A stretch of 64,000 nucleotides of DNA from the NCBI GenBank assembly GCA_033763455.1, contig JANRKO010000045.1:64001-128000 (forward strand). Reading direction: 5' to 3'. Source of the DNA: Polyangiaceae bacterium (GTDB taxonomy: Bacteria > Myxococcota_A > Polyangia > Polyangiales > Polyangiaceae). Of the stretch, positions 39,777 to 48,557 are shown in pieces. Under the pieces are notes generated by a model. It did not search any database. It saw nothing but the letters and a program-made list of their open reading frames with translations, and was not told where the DNA came from. Made by a program: the position numbers and the translations under genes. Position 1 is the stretch's first letter; each line of letters starts with the position of its first letter.

Positions 39777-41594
39777 TCAGGGTTGCGCCGGAGATATGCG
39801 CTCCAAAAATGACTTTGAGCTAAAGAGCTCAACGAGTGCCGCCCGATAATCCCCGCCCTCCTGATACTTATTGAGGACCGCGCTCAAGCTACAACCGTCA
39901 CCTTCGCCCTCAAGATGCCCCATCCAGTAGCGGAACGAATGCCGTACGAAGCAGCCCTCGACAACGCTTGACACCGCAAGCCTGCTGCCGAGCTGTACGG
40001 CGCCGTTGAACGTGCCGTCGCCCATGCCGGTACCCTTGAGTTCACCGGAGGCGTTCACGGGCTTGCCTTGCTCCATTGTCCTAAAGCGCCCCACGTGGTC
40101 GAAGTCCTCCATGCCGAGGCCAATCGGATCCATCATGGTGTGGCACGCAGCACAATCCGGACGTGCAGAGTGAACCTGGAGCTTGTCGCGCATCGTGGCT
40201 GCTGCACCCAGATCTGGCAGCGGAGGGACCACATCGATAGGAAGTGGCGGAACTTCTTGACACAACAAGCTGCTTGCCACGAACTTTCCCCTCTGTACGG
40301 GTTTCGTTTCCGCCATCGCGGAATACGCCGTGAGAAAGCTAGGCTGTGTGAGCATGCCAGCGCGCTCGCCCGCTGGCGCCGGGAGGAGCGTAGCCTTAGC
40401 CCCTATTACGGAGGATATCCCATAATTTTCCCGACTCACGTCGTTCGCCACCACTTGTCCGAACGTGAGCAGCTGATTGAGAAAACCTGCGCCCAAGCTG
40501 CGGGTTGATACTTCGCGCACCCAGGCTCGGGTGTCGTCGATGAGCGCATCTGGCTTGTGAAAGGGAACCTCCTTGGCGTCCTTGGGGACAATAGCCGCCT
40601 TTTCGAACTGGAAATATTCAGCGATGAAGCGCGCGTAGGCCGGCTTCGTTTCCAGTTGCGAGATAAGCTGAGAAGCTGCACCCGCAACCTCGATGGGCGT
40701 GGTGAGCTTTCCGGCGCGTGCTTGTTCCCAGAGCGCCGCATCCGGCGGAGCGTCTGTCAGCGTATAAGCCAACGCGGACGCAACCTCGAAAGAGTCCAAT
40801 CGACTCACCGTAGGCTCCATAGCGGCTTCTCCGAGCTCGGCTCGAAAAATCGATTGCGGCGCCATGAACATTGCGCGCAAGACGAGCTTCAGAGCTCTCG
40901 TTGCCCCCAAAGCAGCTGCATTATTCGTGCTAATGCTCTCATACGCAGTCGCTTCCTCCGTGGACAGCGGCCGCCGAAACAGGATCTCGCCGGCCGAGGC
41001 AATCACACTTTTCACGCAGGCCCCATCGACGGACGCGCTCACGCAGCTCTGTGAATCCTTGCCCCAAGCCTGAAGCAGCGACGCTGCTACCGAGTCGCTC
41101 ACGTTCCAAAGTTGCGTGAACTCAAAATCGGTCATCCCGTAGGAGTCGGAATTGGTGGAGAAACGGTCGGAAGCGTTGGGCGCACCAAATACAGAACCGA
41201 CCGCCACGGGCGAGTTATCCCCCTTGGCTGCCGCGTCTCTCCCGAGCACCAAAGCCGCAACGGTTCGCTCCAGCTGAGTTTGGGTGAGGCGCCAAATGCG
41301 CGCAGGAACCGTTCCCCTAGCCGCACTGCTACATGCAAAAGCAGGATCGTTTGGGAGGGCGCTTGTAGTACCAGGAGCCGGCGCGCCACCCACACCGGAT
41401 GATGTGGCTCCACCTGTGCCAGTCGGCTTCGCAGCTGCCGATCCGCCAGCGGCGGCCTCAGGCTGGCTTTTACGTGGTAAATCGTCACCCGGGAGTTTAG
41501 CGCTGCATCCCAGGGAACCCGCGAAAAGCGCTGCCATCCCTGCGAACCGGTAGATCCATTGTTGCTCGCTCACGCCCAACGTATGCCCAGCCAT
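39777..41594 (-). CDS. DUF1592/DUF1588-type CxxCH lipoprotein (cassette 5)
   Basis: Lipobox SLGC, WRLTQTQ, FRRPL, PVQRG..LLC..PPLP, CAACH. Confidence 0.9.
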   Translation of the reverse strand: MAGHTLGVSEQQWIYRFAGMAALFAGSLGCSAKLPGDDLPRKSQPEAAAGGSAAAKPTGTGGATSSGVGGAPAPGTTSALPNDPAFACSSAARGTVPARIWRLTQTQLERTVAALVLGRDAAAKGDNSPVAVGSVFGAPNASDRFSTNSDSYGMTDFEFTQLWNVSDSVAASLLQAWGKDSQSCVSASVDGACVKSVIASAGEILFRRPLSTEEATAYESISTNNAAALGATRALKLVLRAMFMAPQSIFRAELGEAAMEPTVSRLDSFEVASALAYTLTDAPPDAALWEQARAGKLTTPIEVAGAASQLISQLETKPAYARFIAEYFQFEKAAIVPKDAKEVPFHKPDALIDDTRAWVREVSTRSLGAGFLNQLLTFGQVVANDVSRENYGISSVIGAKATLLPAPAGERAGMLTQPSFLTAYSAMAETKPVQRGKFVASSLLCQEVPPLPIDVVPPLPDLGAAATMRDKLQVHSARPDCAACHTMMDPIGLGMEDFDHVGRFRTMEQGKPVNASGELKGTGMGDGTFNGAVQLGSRLAVSSVVEGCFVRHSFRYWMGHLEGEGDGCSLSAVLNKYQEGGDYRAALVELFSSKSFLERISPAQP

Positions 41595-41658
41595 CGGAAC
41601 CTTTCTGAAAAAAAACGAAACTCACGCTCACTGCTCCTCGATCGCCCGAGGGACTCGG

Positions 41659-43230
41659 TTAGGGAGAAATGCAATTGATCGGGAAAGCTGTGGAAAGCGT
41701 GACGTTATCGGCTACGGGGCACTTCACGCGAATTGAATAAACCGTGGAGGGCTGGGACGATAACGTGGTGTCGTCCGTGCGTGTGATTACGCCCATCATT
41801 GCATGAATACCGGGCGGGAGTTCGATTCCACTCAGCGTGTAGTCCGGAGCTGTTACGGCACCCAGCGGCTTGTCGCCGTCCCAAACCTCGACCTTCTTTA
41901 TTTTAGTCGGATCGTAGTTCACGGCCAGCTTCACGCTTAACTTGGCGCCGGGCTCAATTAGCGTCACAGGACGCTTCTGTTCGCTATGTTGAGGCACCGG
42001 TGACGCCACGCTCACCGCGTTGTCGGGCGAAGCATACCCGCGCCACACGTGCGCTGCGTACGAACCCAAAAGCCAGACGGCCCTGGACTTGTCAAAGGGC
42101 GCGCTCGCAAACGGTGCAATGTTTGAGCGCGTGCCCTGCGTCATGACCTTGAAATTTCCACTTCCATCTTGGTCCGGAAGCCAATCATTGCGTTCACCCA
42201 CCCAACCGGAAGCCTCCTCGATCTCCACGAGCGCGGGCTGAGCGGTATCGTTCGAGAGTGTGCTCGGATAGCGTCGTGCTACGGACTCCCAATACCAGAC
42301 CATGGTAAGATTCGCGGAACCATCAAACGCGTGGCCACCGCCCCACTGCGGGGCGATACCGAACAAGGCGCCACGCGGACGCACGAGCTCCAGATTGTCG
42401 ATGTGTGCGTTCGACTGGCTCGCGTCGCGGCTTCCGTACCAAACCATCCAAGGCAACTTATCGAGCTCCGGCGTCTCGGGTCGGACCTCCAGCCCACCAG
42501 GAGAAATCGCAATGAACCGCGAGGGCTCAACCGATACGAAATCTCTCAATGCACCCGAGGACGCTGAGTGCCCCGTCGCCAGGAATGGCGCGAACTCCAG
42601 TTCGGGATGCCCAGATTGCACTGCCAGCAGCTTCAATGCTTCTTTCACGCCAGGCCATGCTCCACCGCTTGCATCAAAGTGAAGGCAAGCGAAATTCAGA
42701 AGCCTTGCGATTTCGGTGTAGTGCGCCTCGTTACGCGCCTTGACGATCCCTCGAATCTTCGAGATGCCACCGGGCACCCATAGCGGGTAATCGATACCCC
42801 CCACTTTCACCACGTAACGCTTGTCCTTAGTGGAATCTCCGGCTTCGGCGTTGATTACCGCTGGGCCGTTCCCCGGTGTAGGAATAAGGGTGCTACCGCT
42901 TCCCCCTGAAGCAGCACCGCCCAAGCCCGGACTCCCCCCTGCCCCCTGCCCCCCAAGGCCCGGCTGCCCGCCCGCCTGGGTACCTGAAGGCGCTCCGCCC
43001 GCACCGGGGGTGAGAGCGCCCCCTCCAACACCGCCGGTGGCCACGGTGGCGATCTGTGACCCACCACCCGCGTTGGTGCGACCGCCGGAACTTCCAAGCG
43101 GCGCTCCCCCGCCTGAAGCCGGACTTTCAGCACCCCGGCGCGATCCAGCGTCCGTGGAGGAACACCCCACAAGACTCCATGCGAGCACACCTACGGTAAC
43201 TGAACTTCCGAGTTTGGATTCGAAACGCAC
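41659..43230 (-). CDS. Lipoprotein with alpha/beta-hydrolase-like domain and C-terminal Ig-like domain
   Basis: Lipobox LVGC, long Gly linker, HPELEFAP..TGHSASSG nucleophile-elbow-like motif, GSRD, GGGH; IKKVEVWDGD Ig-like. Confidence 0.7.
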   Translation of the reverse strand: MRFESKLGSSVTVGVLAWSLVGCSSTDAGSRRGAESPASGGGAPLGSSGGRTNAGGGSQIATVATGGVGGGALTPGAGGAPSGTQAGGQPGLGGQGAGGSPGLGGAASGGSGSTLIPTPGNGPAVINAEAGDSTKDKRYVVKVGGIDYPLWVPGGISKIRGIVKARNEAHYTEIARLLNFACLHFDASGGAWPGVKEALKLLAVQSGHPELEFAPFLATGHSASSGALRDFVSVEPSRFIAISPGGLEVRPETPELDKLPWMVWYGSRDASQSNAHIDNLELVRPRGALFGIAPQWGGGHAFDGSANLTMVWYWESVARRYPSTLSNDTAQPALVEIEEASGWVGERNDWLPDQDGSGNFKVMTQGTRSNIAPFASAPFDKSRAVWLLGSYAAHVWRGYASPDNAVSVASPVPQHSEQKRPVTLIEPGAKLSVKLAVNYDPTKIKKVEVWDGDKPLGAVTAPDYTLSGIELPPGIHAMMGVITRTDDTTLSSQPSTVYSIRVKCPVADNVTLSTAFPINCISP

Positions 43231-43400
43231 GTCGAGCTATCTCCGGGGTAAGAGTGGTTGGGCTGACCAAGGTGACAATGCGCGAGGGCTCTCCCTTTTC
43301 TGAAAGCCGGAGAAAAAATCCGTACACTTTGAGCGCTGAGCGATCACCGCATCCAAAGGTGGACGTTGGCTGTACGCCCGCGCTACGGTTCAGGACTAGG

Positions 43401-44447
43401 ATGTGCGCCGCCAAAACGGACTCCCGCCTTGCGCAACCCCGGTGCAGGCGTGGGCCGCTCGCAATCCTCGCTTTGGCCACTTTTTTGCTATTAGGGTTAG
43501 GTCCCAAGCGAGCCCCAGCACAAATCGTGACGCTTGGGGAAAATAAACGCTATGAAGAGCTTCGGAGGGCGCTCACAATTCAGTTGCCGCAGGTAAGCTG
43601 GCTCCAGGATCAACGCGCCGTTCCCACCAAACCTTCAGATCGGGTCCAGCTAGGCGCGGCGCTGCTTAAGCGGCATCGGGCTCGGCTTTGCTTGTACCTC
43701 GCCGCCGAGGACGCGCCGATCGAACCGAACGATCCCTTTACAATTACCGTGCTCCAACTGCTCCCGGGGAACGCCGGAGTTGAGAAATTTCTACTCGAAA
43801 GCATGGGGGATGAGACGGCCATGCGGGTACTGGCCTTGAAGCTCGCCGAGCTTTACCGGCAAGCCTCAACCTGGAGAGCCAACCCTGCGGAACCCGCGGG
43901 GTTGCGCCAGAGAGTGCCGCCGCGACCGCGCGAGCACCAGCCATTCAAACTAGACCTAGCAGGTGCGTTCCGAACGGCAGCCCACGGATTGGGGCTAACT
44001 TCAGGAGCCAGCGTGTCAATGGGTTATCGTCACAACGACGCTTCACTCATCGAGCTGGGTGGGATTGTTGCCTACTACGTAGGTTCTCAGTCGCCGAAGG
44101 GACGCTACACGCTCCACTTGACCGAGTGGGACCCTGCTGTCTGGCTCGCCATTCGCACACCGAGTGACGTATTTGTTGGGTTCGAGGTGCGAGCGGGGCT
44201 GCGTGTGACGAACGCCGAGGCCACGCCTGAGAGCAGCCTTGCCGAGAAGGGGAGTGAGCGCGTGGCCGTCCCCAGCCTAGCCGGGCTCGCGAAGATGGGG
44301 ACTTTGTTCGGACGCTTCGAAGTGGCAGCTGCGGTCGGCCTTGAGGGAACCGCATGGGAGCAGCGCTTCGCCACTAACGGCCAGGAGGTGCTACGTCTGA
44401 CCCAGTTTTCCTACATAGCCACGCTTGGCGCAGGCCTATATTTTTGA
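43401..44447 (+). CDS. Hypothetical secreted protein with probable C-terminal beta-barrel
   Basis: Signal peptide, alternating strands, ends GAGLYF; start uncertain (ORF open from 43254). Confidence 0.65.
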   Translation: MCAAKTDSRLAQPRCRRGPLAILALATFLLLGLGPKRAPAQIVTLGENKRYEELRRALTIQLPQVSWLQDQRAVPTKPSDRVQLGAALLKRHRARLCLYLAAEDAPIEPNDPFTITVLQLLPGNAGVEKFLLESMGDETAMRVLALKLAELYRQASTWRANPAEPAGLRQRVPPRPREHQPFKLDLAGAFRTAAHGLGLTSGASVSMGYRHNDASLIELGGIVAYYVGSQSPKGRYTLHLTEWDPAVWLAIRTPSDVFVGFEVRAGLRVTNAEATPESSLAEKGSERVAVPSLAGLAKMGTLFGRFEVAAAVGLEGTAWEQRFATNGQEVLRLTQFSYIATLGAGLYF

Positions 44448-44464
44448 GCCAGCCGCAGAAAAAG

Positions 44465-44494
44465 TAACCCCCCCGGCATAGTCCACCCACTCAC
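44465..44494 (+). promoter_or_regulatory. Putative ECF promoter TAACCC-N17-CACTCAC, 6 nt before the ECF1 GTG
   Basis: Same motif and spacing as at 20685-20714 and 47764-47793. Confidence 0.75.
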
Positions 44495-44500
44495 CACAAG

Positions 44501-45130
44501 GTGAAGCAAACGTTGGCCATAGCTCCCCCAAAGAGCCCAACAGCGCTCGACGAGGTTCCGGGCGGCGATGCTTTGATTGATGCTTGCAGACGCGGGGAAA
44601 GGGCAGCGCTCGATGTCTTGCTTCGGCGGCACACTCCGTCGATCGAACGAACACTCGCAAGGTTGGTTGGCCATGCGGCAGATCGCCAGGATCTCCTGCA
44701 GCGCACGCTGATTCTTGCCGTTCGGCAGTTTCCCACCTTTCGAGGGGAATCTCGGGTTAGCACTTGGCTCATAGGTATTGCGGTCAACGTTGCGCGGGAT
44801 CACGTGAGGAGCGGCGCTCGACAGAAAGCGCTCGAGCTTCTCCCATCTGACGCCCAGCTCGCCCAAAGCGGTAGCTCGCCGGAGCATGTCCTTCGGGATC
44901 GCCAGTTGTTGGGGCATATTGAGCGTCACCTTTCGGCGCTGAGCCCGAAGAAGCGGTTTGCGTACATCTTGGGTGTCCTCGAAGGGCATCCGGTGGAAGA
45001 GGTTGCTCGAATGTTGTCAGTCCCGGTGATGACAGCCAAGAGTCGTATTTTTTTGGCGCGACGCGAGCTCCGTCAGCGCATGCGCAAGGATCCAGCCTTG
45101 GCCGAGAGCTTGTTGGAGAGTTCACTATGA
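44501..45130 (+). CDS. ECF RNA polymerase sigma factor (ECF1)
   Basis: DLLQRT..FRGESRVSTWLIGIAVN (region 2); EEVARMLSVPVMTAKSRIFLAR (region 4). Confidence 0.93.
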   Translation: MKQTLAIAPPKSPTALDEVPGGDALIDACRRGERAALDVLLRRHTPSIERTLARLVGHAADRQDLLQRTLILAVRQFPTFRGESRVSTWLIGIAVNVARDHVRSGARQKALELLPSDAQLAQSGSSPEHVLRDRQLLGHIERHLSALSPKKRFAYILGVLEGHPVEEVARMLSVPVMTAKSRIFLARRELRQRMRKDPALAESLLESSL

Positions 45131-46323
45131 CGATCAAAACACTTAACTGTGGTCGGGCAATGCGCCTCTATTTGAATAGCCAATCGAGATCGAATGCCGA
45201 CCAGGAGTCGCTTGCTAAGCACCTGGAAGGCTGTGCCGCGTGCCGGCAAGAAGTCTTGCTGACTCAAGCCTTCCGAGCGAGTCACGCGCGGCGCGACGCT
45301 ATCGTTGGGTTGAAGGCGAACGCTCAGGAGCGCGCGATCTCGGCAGCCCTGGAAGAGGCCAGCACTACAGAGGCTGCCCACCACAGCGAAGCTGCAAAGA
45401 GCTCAAAGTACGGGGGAGCGAGGGTGTTGGCGGCTGCAGTGGTGCTGGCAGCTGTCGCCGCGCTGGTAGTGCGAGTGGCTTGGCCTGGCTCTGAACCTAG
45501 TACATTTCAACTCTCTCCAGCGGCACCAGCTGTGCTGAAATTCGCCCAAGCGGAGGTTCGCGCGCTTAGCCCAGCCGAAGCGAGCTGGAATTCAGAAGAT
45601 GCAACCTTGCATCTTAAGAGCGGATCCATCTCCGTGTCCGTGGATCCCAAACCGCACAAGAAGTTTCGCGTGCTTACCCCGCGTTTCTCCGTGGAAGTTA
45701 CGGGAACACGGTTTGTGGTCACTAGCGATTCTGTTTCGGTTACCGAAGGCCACGTTCGAATTCGTGCCGTAGATGGCACTGTGCTAGCGGAACAGCTTGC
45801 CGCTGGTGGCCGCTGGTCGCTAAATGGCACGGAGGAGAAGTCGCCCCCTCCCCTCTCACCTACGCAAGCTACCATTTCGACAACAGCCCGACCGAACGAA
45901 GCCACCTCGCTGCAAACGCCCGGAGCATCTGCTCCCACCCCAGATGAAATGGACGCATGGCTGAAGGCTGCTGCACGCTTCATTGCGGACGGCAATGCGG
46001 GGCAGGCTCGAAAACTGCTCGAAAGAGTACTTGCCGCCGCGCCAACAGGTGCCGAAAAGGCGCGCGCTCAACTCCTGCTGGGAGACTGCGCAAGGCTCGA
46101 CGGAAACGCGGTGGGTGCCTCGGAGCACTACCGCCAATCATCACGCACAGCAACAGATCCCTCGGAGGGCGACGTGGCGCTTTTCTCGGCAGCGGTAGCC
46201 GCCGCTGACGCCAAAGATCGCGTGCGCGCCAAAACGCTGTTCCAAAGCTACCTCACCCGGTACCCGAAGGGCACTCTGCGACGAGAAGCCAAACTTCGCC
46301 TAGCCGAGCTTCAGGCAGAGTAG
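45127..46323 (+). CDS. Anti-sigma factor: zinc-finger-like N-term, TM helix, FecR domain, C-terminal TPR
   Basis: HLEGCAAC (HxxxCxxC), TM helix, VEVTGTRF..VSVTEG, YLTRYPKG; ATGA overlap with ECF1. Confidence 0.88.
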   Translation: MTIKTLNCGRAMRLYLNSQSRSNADQESLAKHLEGCAACRQEVLLTQAFRASHARRDAIVGLKANAQERAISAALEEASTTEAAHHSEAAKSSKYGGARVLAAAVVLAAVAALVVRVAWPGSEPSTFQLSPAAPAVLKFAQAEVRALSPAEASWNSEDATLHLKSGSISVSVDPKPHKKFRVLTPRFSVEVTGTRFVVTSDSVSVTEGHVRIRAVDGTVLAEQLAAGGRWSLNGTEEKSPPPLSPTQATISTTARPNEATSLQTPGASAPTPDEMDAWLKAAARFIADGNAGQARKLLERVLAAAPTGAEKARAQLLLGDCARLDGNAVGASEHYRQSSRTATDPSEGDVALFSAAVAAADAKDRVRAKTLFQSYLTRYPKGTLRREAKLRLAELQAE

Positions 46324-46360
46324 CCTGCGTGAGCAACCGCGCGCCTAGCAAGCGAGCAGC

Positions 46361-47083
46361 CTACCGGGGCAGCCCTTCTGGTATGCCCCACGCCTCCATG
46401 AGGGTCGGTTCGAGGACGGAAAGCTGGGCGTCGGAGAGATCTGTATCGAAGAGGATCACTGCGCCAAGCGAACACTCGCTCATTCCCCCAAACGAGATGT
46501 ACTCTAGATCCCCAAGTGTTTCTGTCACGCTGCGGCGTTCAACCGCTTGAGCGTTTACGCGCACTTCCAGCTCGAAGGCCTCCTGGCGGATTGCCACAAG
46601 GGTGGGCGTGTCCTGAACGGCGACCTTTCCAGCAAGTACAAACTTGGTCCGACTCGCCTCAATAATTAGGGCGTCGGTTTCGCTAGCCATTACAAGCTTC
46701 GGGGCGCTCCCGGGGACCGCCCCCTGCAGCACCCTACACTTGCCACCTCCCGGCATGAACACAGCAATGAGCCCAAAGCTTGCGGAGCTCGATTTCCGCG
46801 CCCCTGTCGACATTTCCGAACTCAGCCCAAAACGCACCCAAGGCGTCGAAAGCAGGCTCGGTTGCAAAGCGGGCACCAGTTGGACGGCATCCACCCCTGT
46901 GGGTGAAAGATCCGCCCATCGAGGCAAAAGACCCGGTGTTAACCCAGGCTCCCGCGCATCTAGCCACAACACGGCGGTTTCTCGAAACGGAAACTTTGCA
47001 GTTGGCGGCAGCAGCTCCTCAACACGAGGTTCGCAGCCGGCGAGCATTGCCAAACTTAAAAGCACCGGTCCCTTCACGCTCAA
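46361..47083 (-). CDS. Hypothetical lipoprotein, LamG-like
   Basis: Lipobox LAGC, LWLDA...WADLS..G.DA.Q, ending LM..WGI; pattern typical of concanavalin-like domains. Confidence 0.6.
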   Translation of the reverse strand: MSVKGPVLLSLAMLAGCEPRVEELLPPTAKFPFRETAVLWLDAREPGLTPGLLPRWADLSPTGVDAVQLVPALQPSLLSTPWVRFGLSSEMSTGARKSSSASFGLIAVFMPGGGKCRVLQGAVPGSAPKLVMASETDALIIEASRTKFVLAGKVAVQDTPTLVAIRQEAFELEVRVNAQAVERRSVTETLGDLEYISFGGMSECSLGAVILFDTDLSDAQLSVLEPTLMEAWGIPEGLPR

Positions 47084-47114
47084 CCGGCATGAAAGGTACC
47101 GGTTGCGGAAGCAT

Positions 47115-47759
47115 TCAACAAGCAGAGAACTGGGCCGAGCCCTGTGCCAGCTCGAACCGGTCGCGACGCGGCAGGGGCGAGACTGAGATCAAGTCTTCAG
47201 AAACGAACGTTTCCCGGATCTGGCGCCGAGCGGACTGCAGACGCGAGTAGGTGGTTTGGAGGGGTGCACCCACGGCGTCGGCGACTTCCTGTAACGTGTA
47301 TTCCTCAAGCTCGTGCAAAACAAACACCGTCCGCTTGCCCTGCTCAAGGCCCTCAAGGGCACGGGCAAGGCGCCCCTCAAGCTCCCCACGCTCCGCCTCC
47401 CCCGAGCCGCCATACAGACTTCCGAGCTCTGGCAGTGGAGTTGCGCGTTCGCGCCTAACCCAGGCACGGCGCCGATAGGCTGCTGCACCACGCACGCAAA
47501 ACGCGTAAAGCCAGCTTCGAAGGGAGCCTCCCGTAAAGACGCCCAGACGTCGGTGTACCGCAAGCAGCACATCCTGCCCGACATCTTCGACATCTGCAGA
47601 ACGCACACCAAGCTTGCGCAGGGTGCCCGTCACGAATCGCCGGTGCGCTCGGAAAACGTCTGAAAAAGAGAGGGAGGTACCGTATGCGTGCCAGCCCAAC
47701 CTTGCCGCTTGTGAGTTTTCCGAGTGGATCACCGGGTTCTGCGGCTCAGCTAACTGCAT
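47115..47759 (-). CDS. ECF RNA polymerase sigma factor (ECF2), no adjacent anti-sigma
   Basis: VEDVGQDV..SLRSWLYA; KRTVFVLHELE..LQEVA...TTYSRL..AR. Confidence 0.92.
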   Translation of the reverse strand: MQLAEPQNPVIHSENSQAARLGWHAYGTSLSFSDVFRAHRRFVTGTLRKLGVRSADVEDVGQDVLLAVHRRLGVFTGGSLRSWLYAFCVRGAAAYRRRAWVRRERATPLPELGSLYGGSGEAERGELEGRLARALEGLEQGKRTVFVLHELEEYTLQEVADAVGAPLQTTYSRLQSARRQIRETFVSEDLISVSPLPRRDRFELAQGSAQFSAC

Positions 47760-47763
47760 GCTC

Positions 47764-47793
47764 GTGAGTGCCCGCCCGGTGGCCTGAGGGTTA
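47764..47793 (-). promoter_or_regulatory. Putative ECF promoter TAACCC-N17-CACTCAC, 4 nt before the ECF2 ATG
   Basis: Same motif and spacing as at 20685-20714 and 44465-44494. Confidence 0.75.
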
Positions 47794-47844
47794 TTTTTTT
47801 TCTGACCTCAAGAATTTAGTCGTCCACCCGGCATAGCTGCCCCA

Positions 47845-48513
47845 ATGCAACCTACTCGCGTGACACTGGTCCTTTTCAGCGTTCTCATGGGCTCGCTCCC
47901 CTTCGGCTGCGCGGGGTCGTCCCCTCGCTCCGCAGGTGACCCCGGATCAGGCGGGGTCGGCCAGGCTGGAGGCGCTCAGGCCAATTCCGGGGGCTCGGCG
48001 CCCAAGCCAGACAACGCCGGAGGCTCAGGGGGGCGCCTCTCAACGGGTGGGCAAGTTGGGCTGGGCGGCAGCGCAATCGGCGGGAGCTCTTCAGGAGGGT
48101 CCAAAAGTACCGGTGGAGCCTCTGCCGCCCAAGGCGGCGCTCAGACAATCACCGGAGGCGCACCAGCCGGGGTCGGCGGTGCCACGCCTTCGGAGGGCGC
48201 TGCAGGTTCTCCAGATTTTACTACCTGTGATGCGAAGCCCCCGATGTCGCTAGAGCCTCCAGCTGTGACGATCGAAGGTGTTTGCCCTGCCAACGCCGAG
48301 CGCCCGACGACTTGTGCTGAGTACTGTGCGTGTTGGTTCACTCGGTGTTCCGTTCAAACCGAAACGCTTTGGCCGCTCGTGTATTCAACCTGGGGCCAAT
48401 GCATGAGCGCCTGCGCTGGCTTTGCCGACTTTGACTGCAAGGCATACCGCGTGAACGATAATCCAAAGGAGCGGCACTGCTGTAAAGCCATTCCGGGAAA
48501 TAAGTGTCCCTAG
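47845..48513 (+). CDS. Lipoprotein with Gly-rich linker and Cys-rich C-terminal domain
   Basis: PFGC lipobox-like; CAEYCAC...C...CMSAC...C...HCC...CP. Confidence 0.75.
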   Translation: MQPTRVTLVLFSVLMGSLPFGCAGSSPRSAGDPGSGGVGQAGGAQANSGGSAPKPDNAGGSGGRLSTGGQVGLGGSAIGGSSSGGSKSTGGASAAQGGAQTITGGAPAGVGGATPSEGAAGSPDFTTCDAKPPMSLEPPAVTIEGVCPANAERPTTCAEYCACWFTRCSVQTETLWPLVYSTWGQCMSACAGFADFDCKAYRVNDNPKERHCCKAIPGNKCP

Positions 48514-48557
48514 GTGTACAGAAAAACCAGCACCTACGGTCATTCCAGGTAAACCCC

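Noticed and set aside
43249..43276. TCACC...CACTC upstream of the hydrolase-cassette 5-cassette 4 operon as a fourth ECF promoter
   Set aside because: Spacing is 4 nt shorter and both boxes deviate from the three exact copies.
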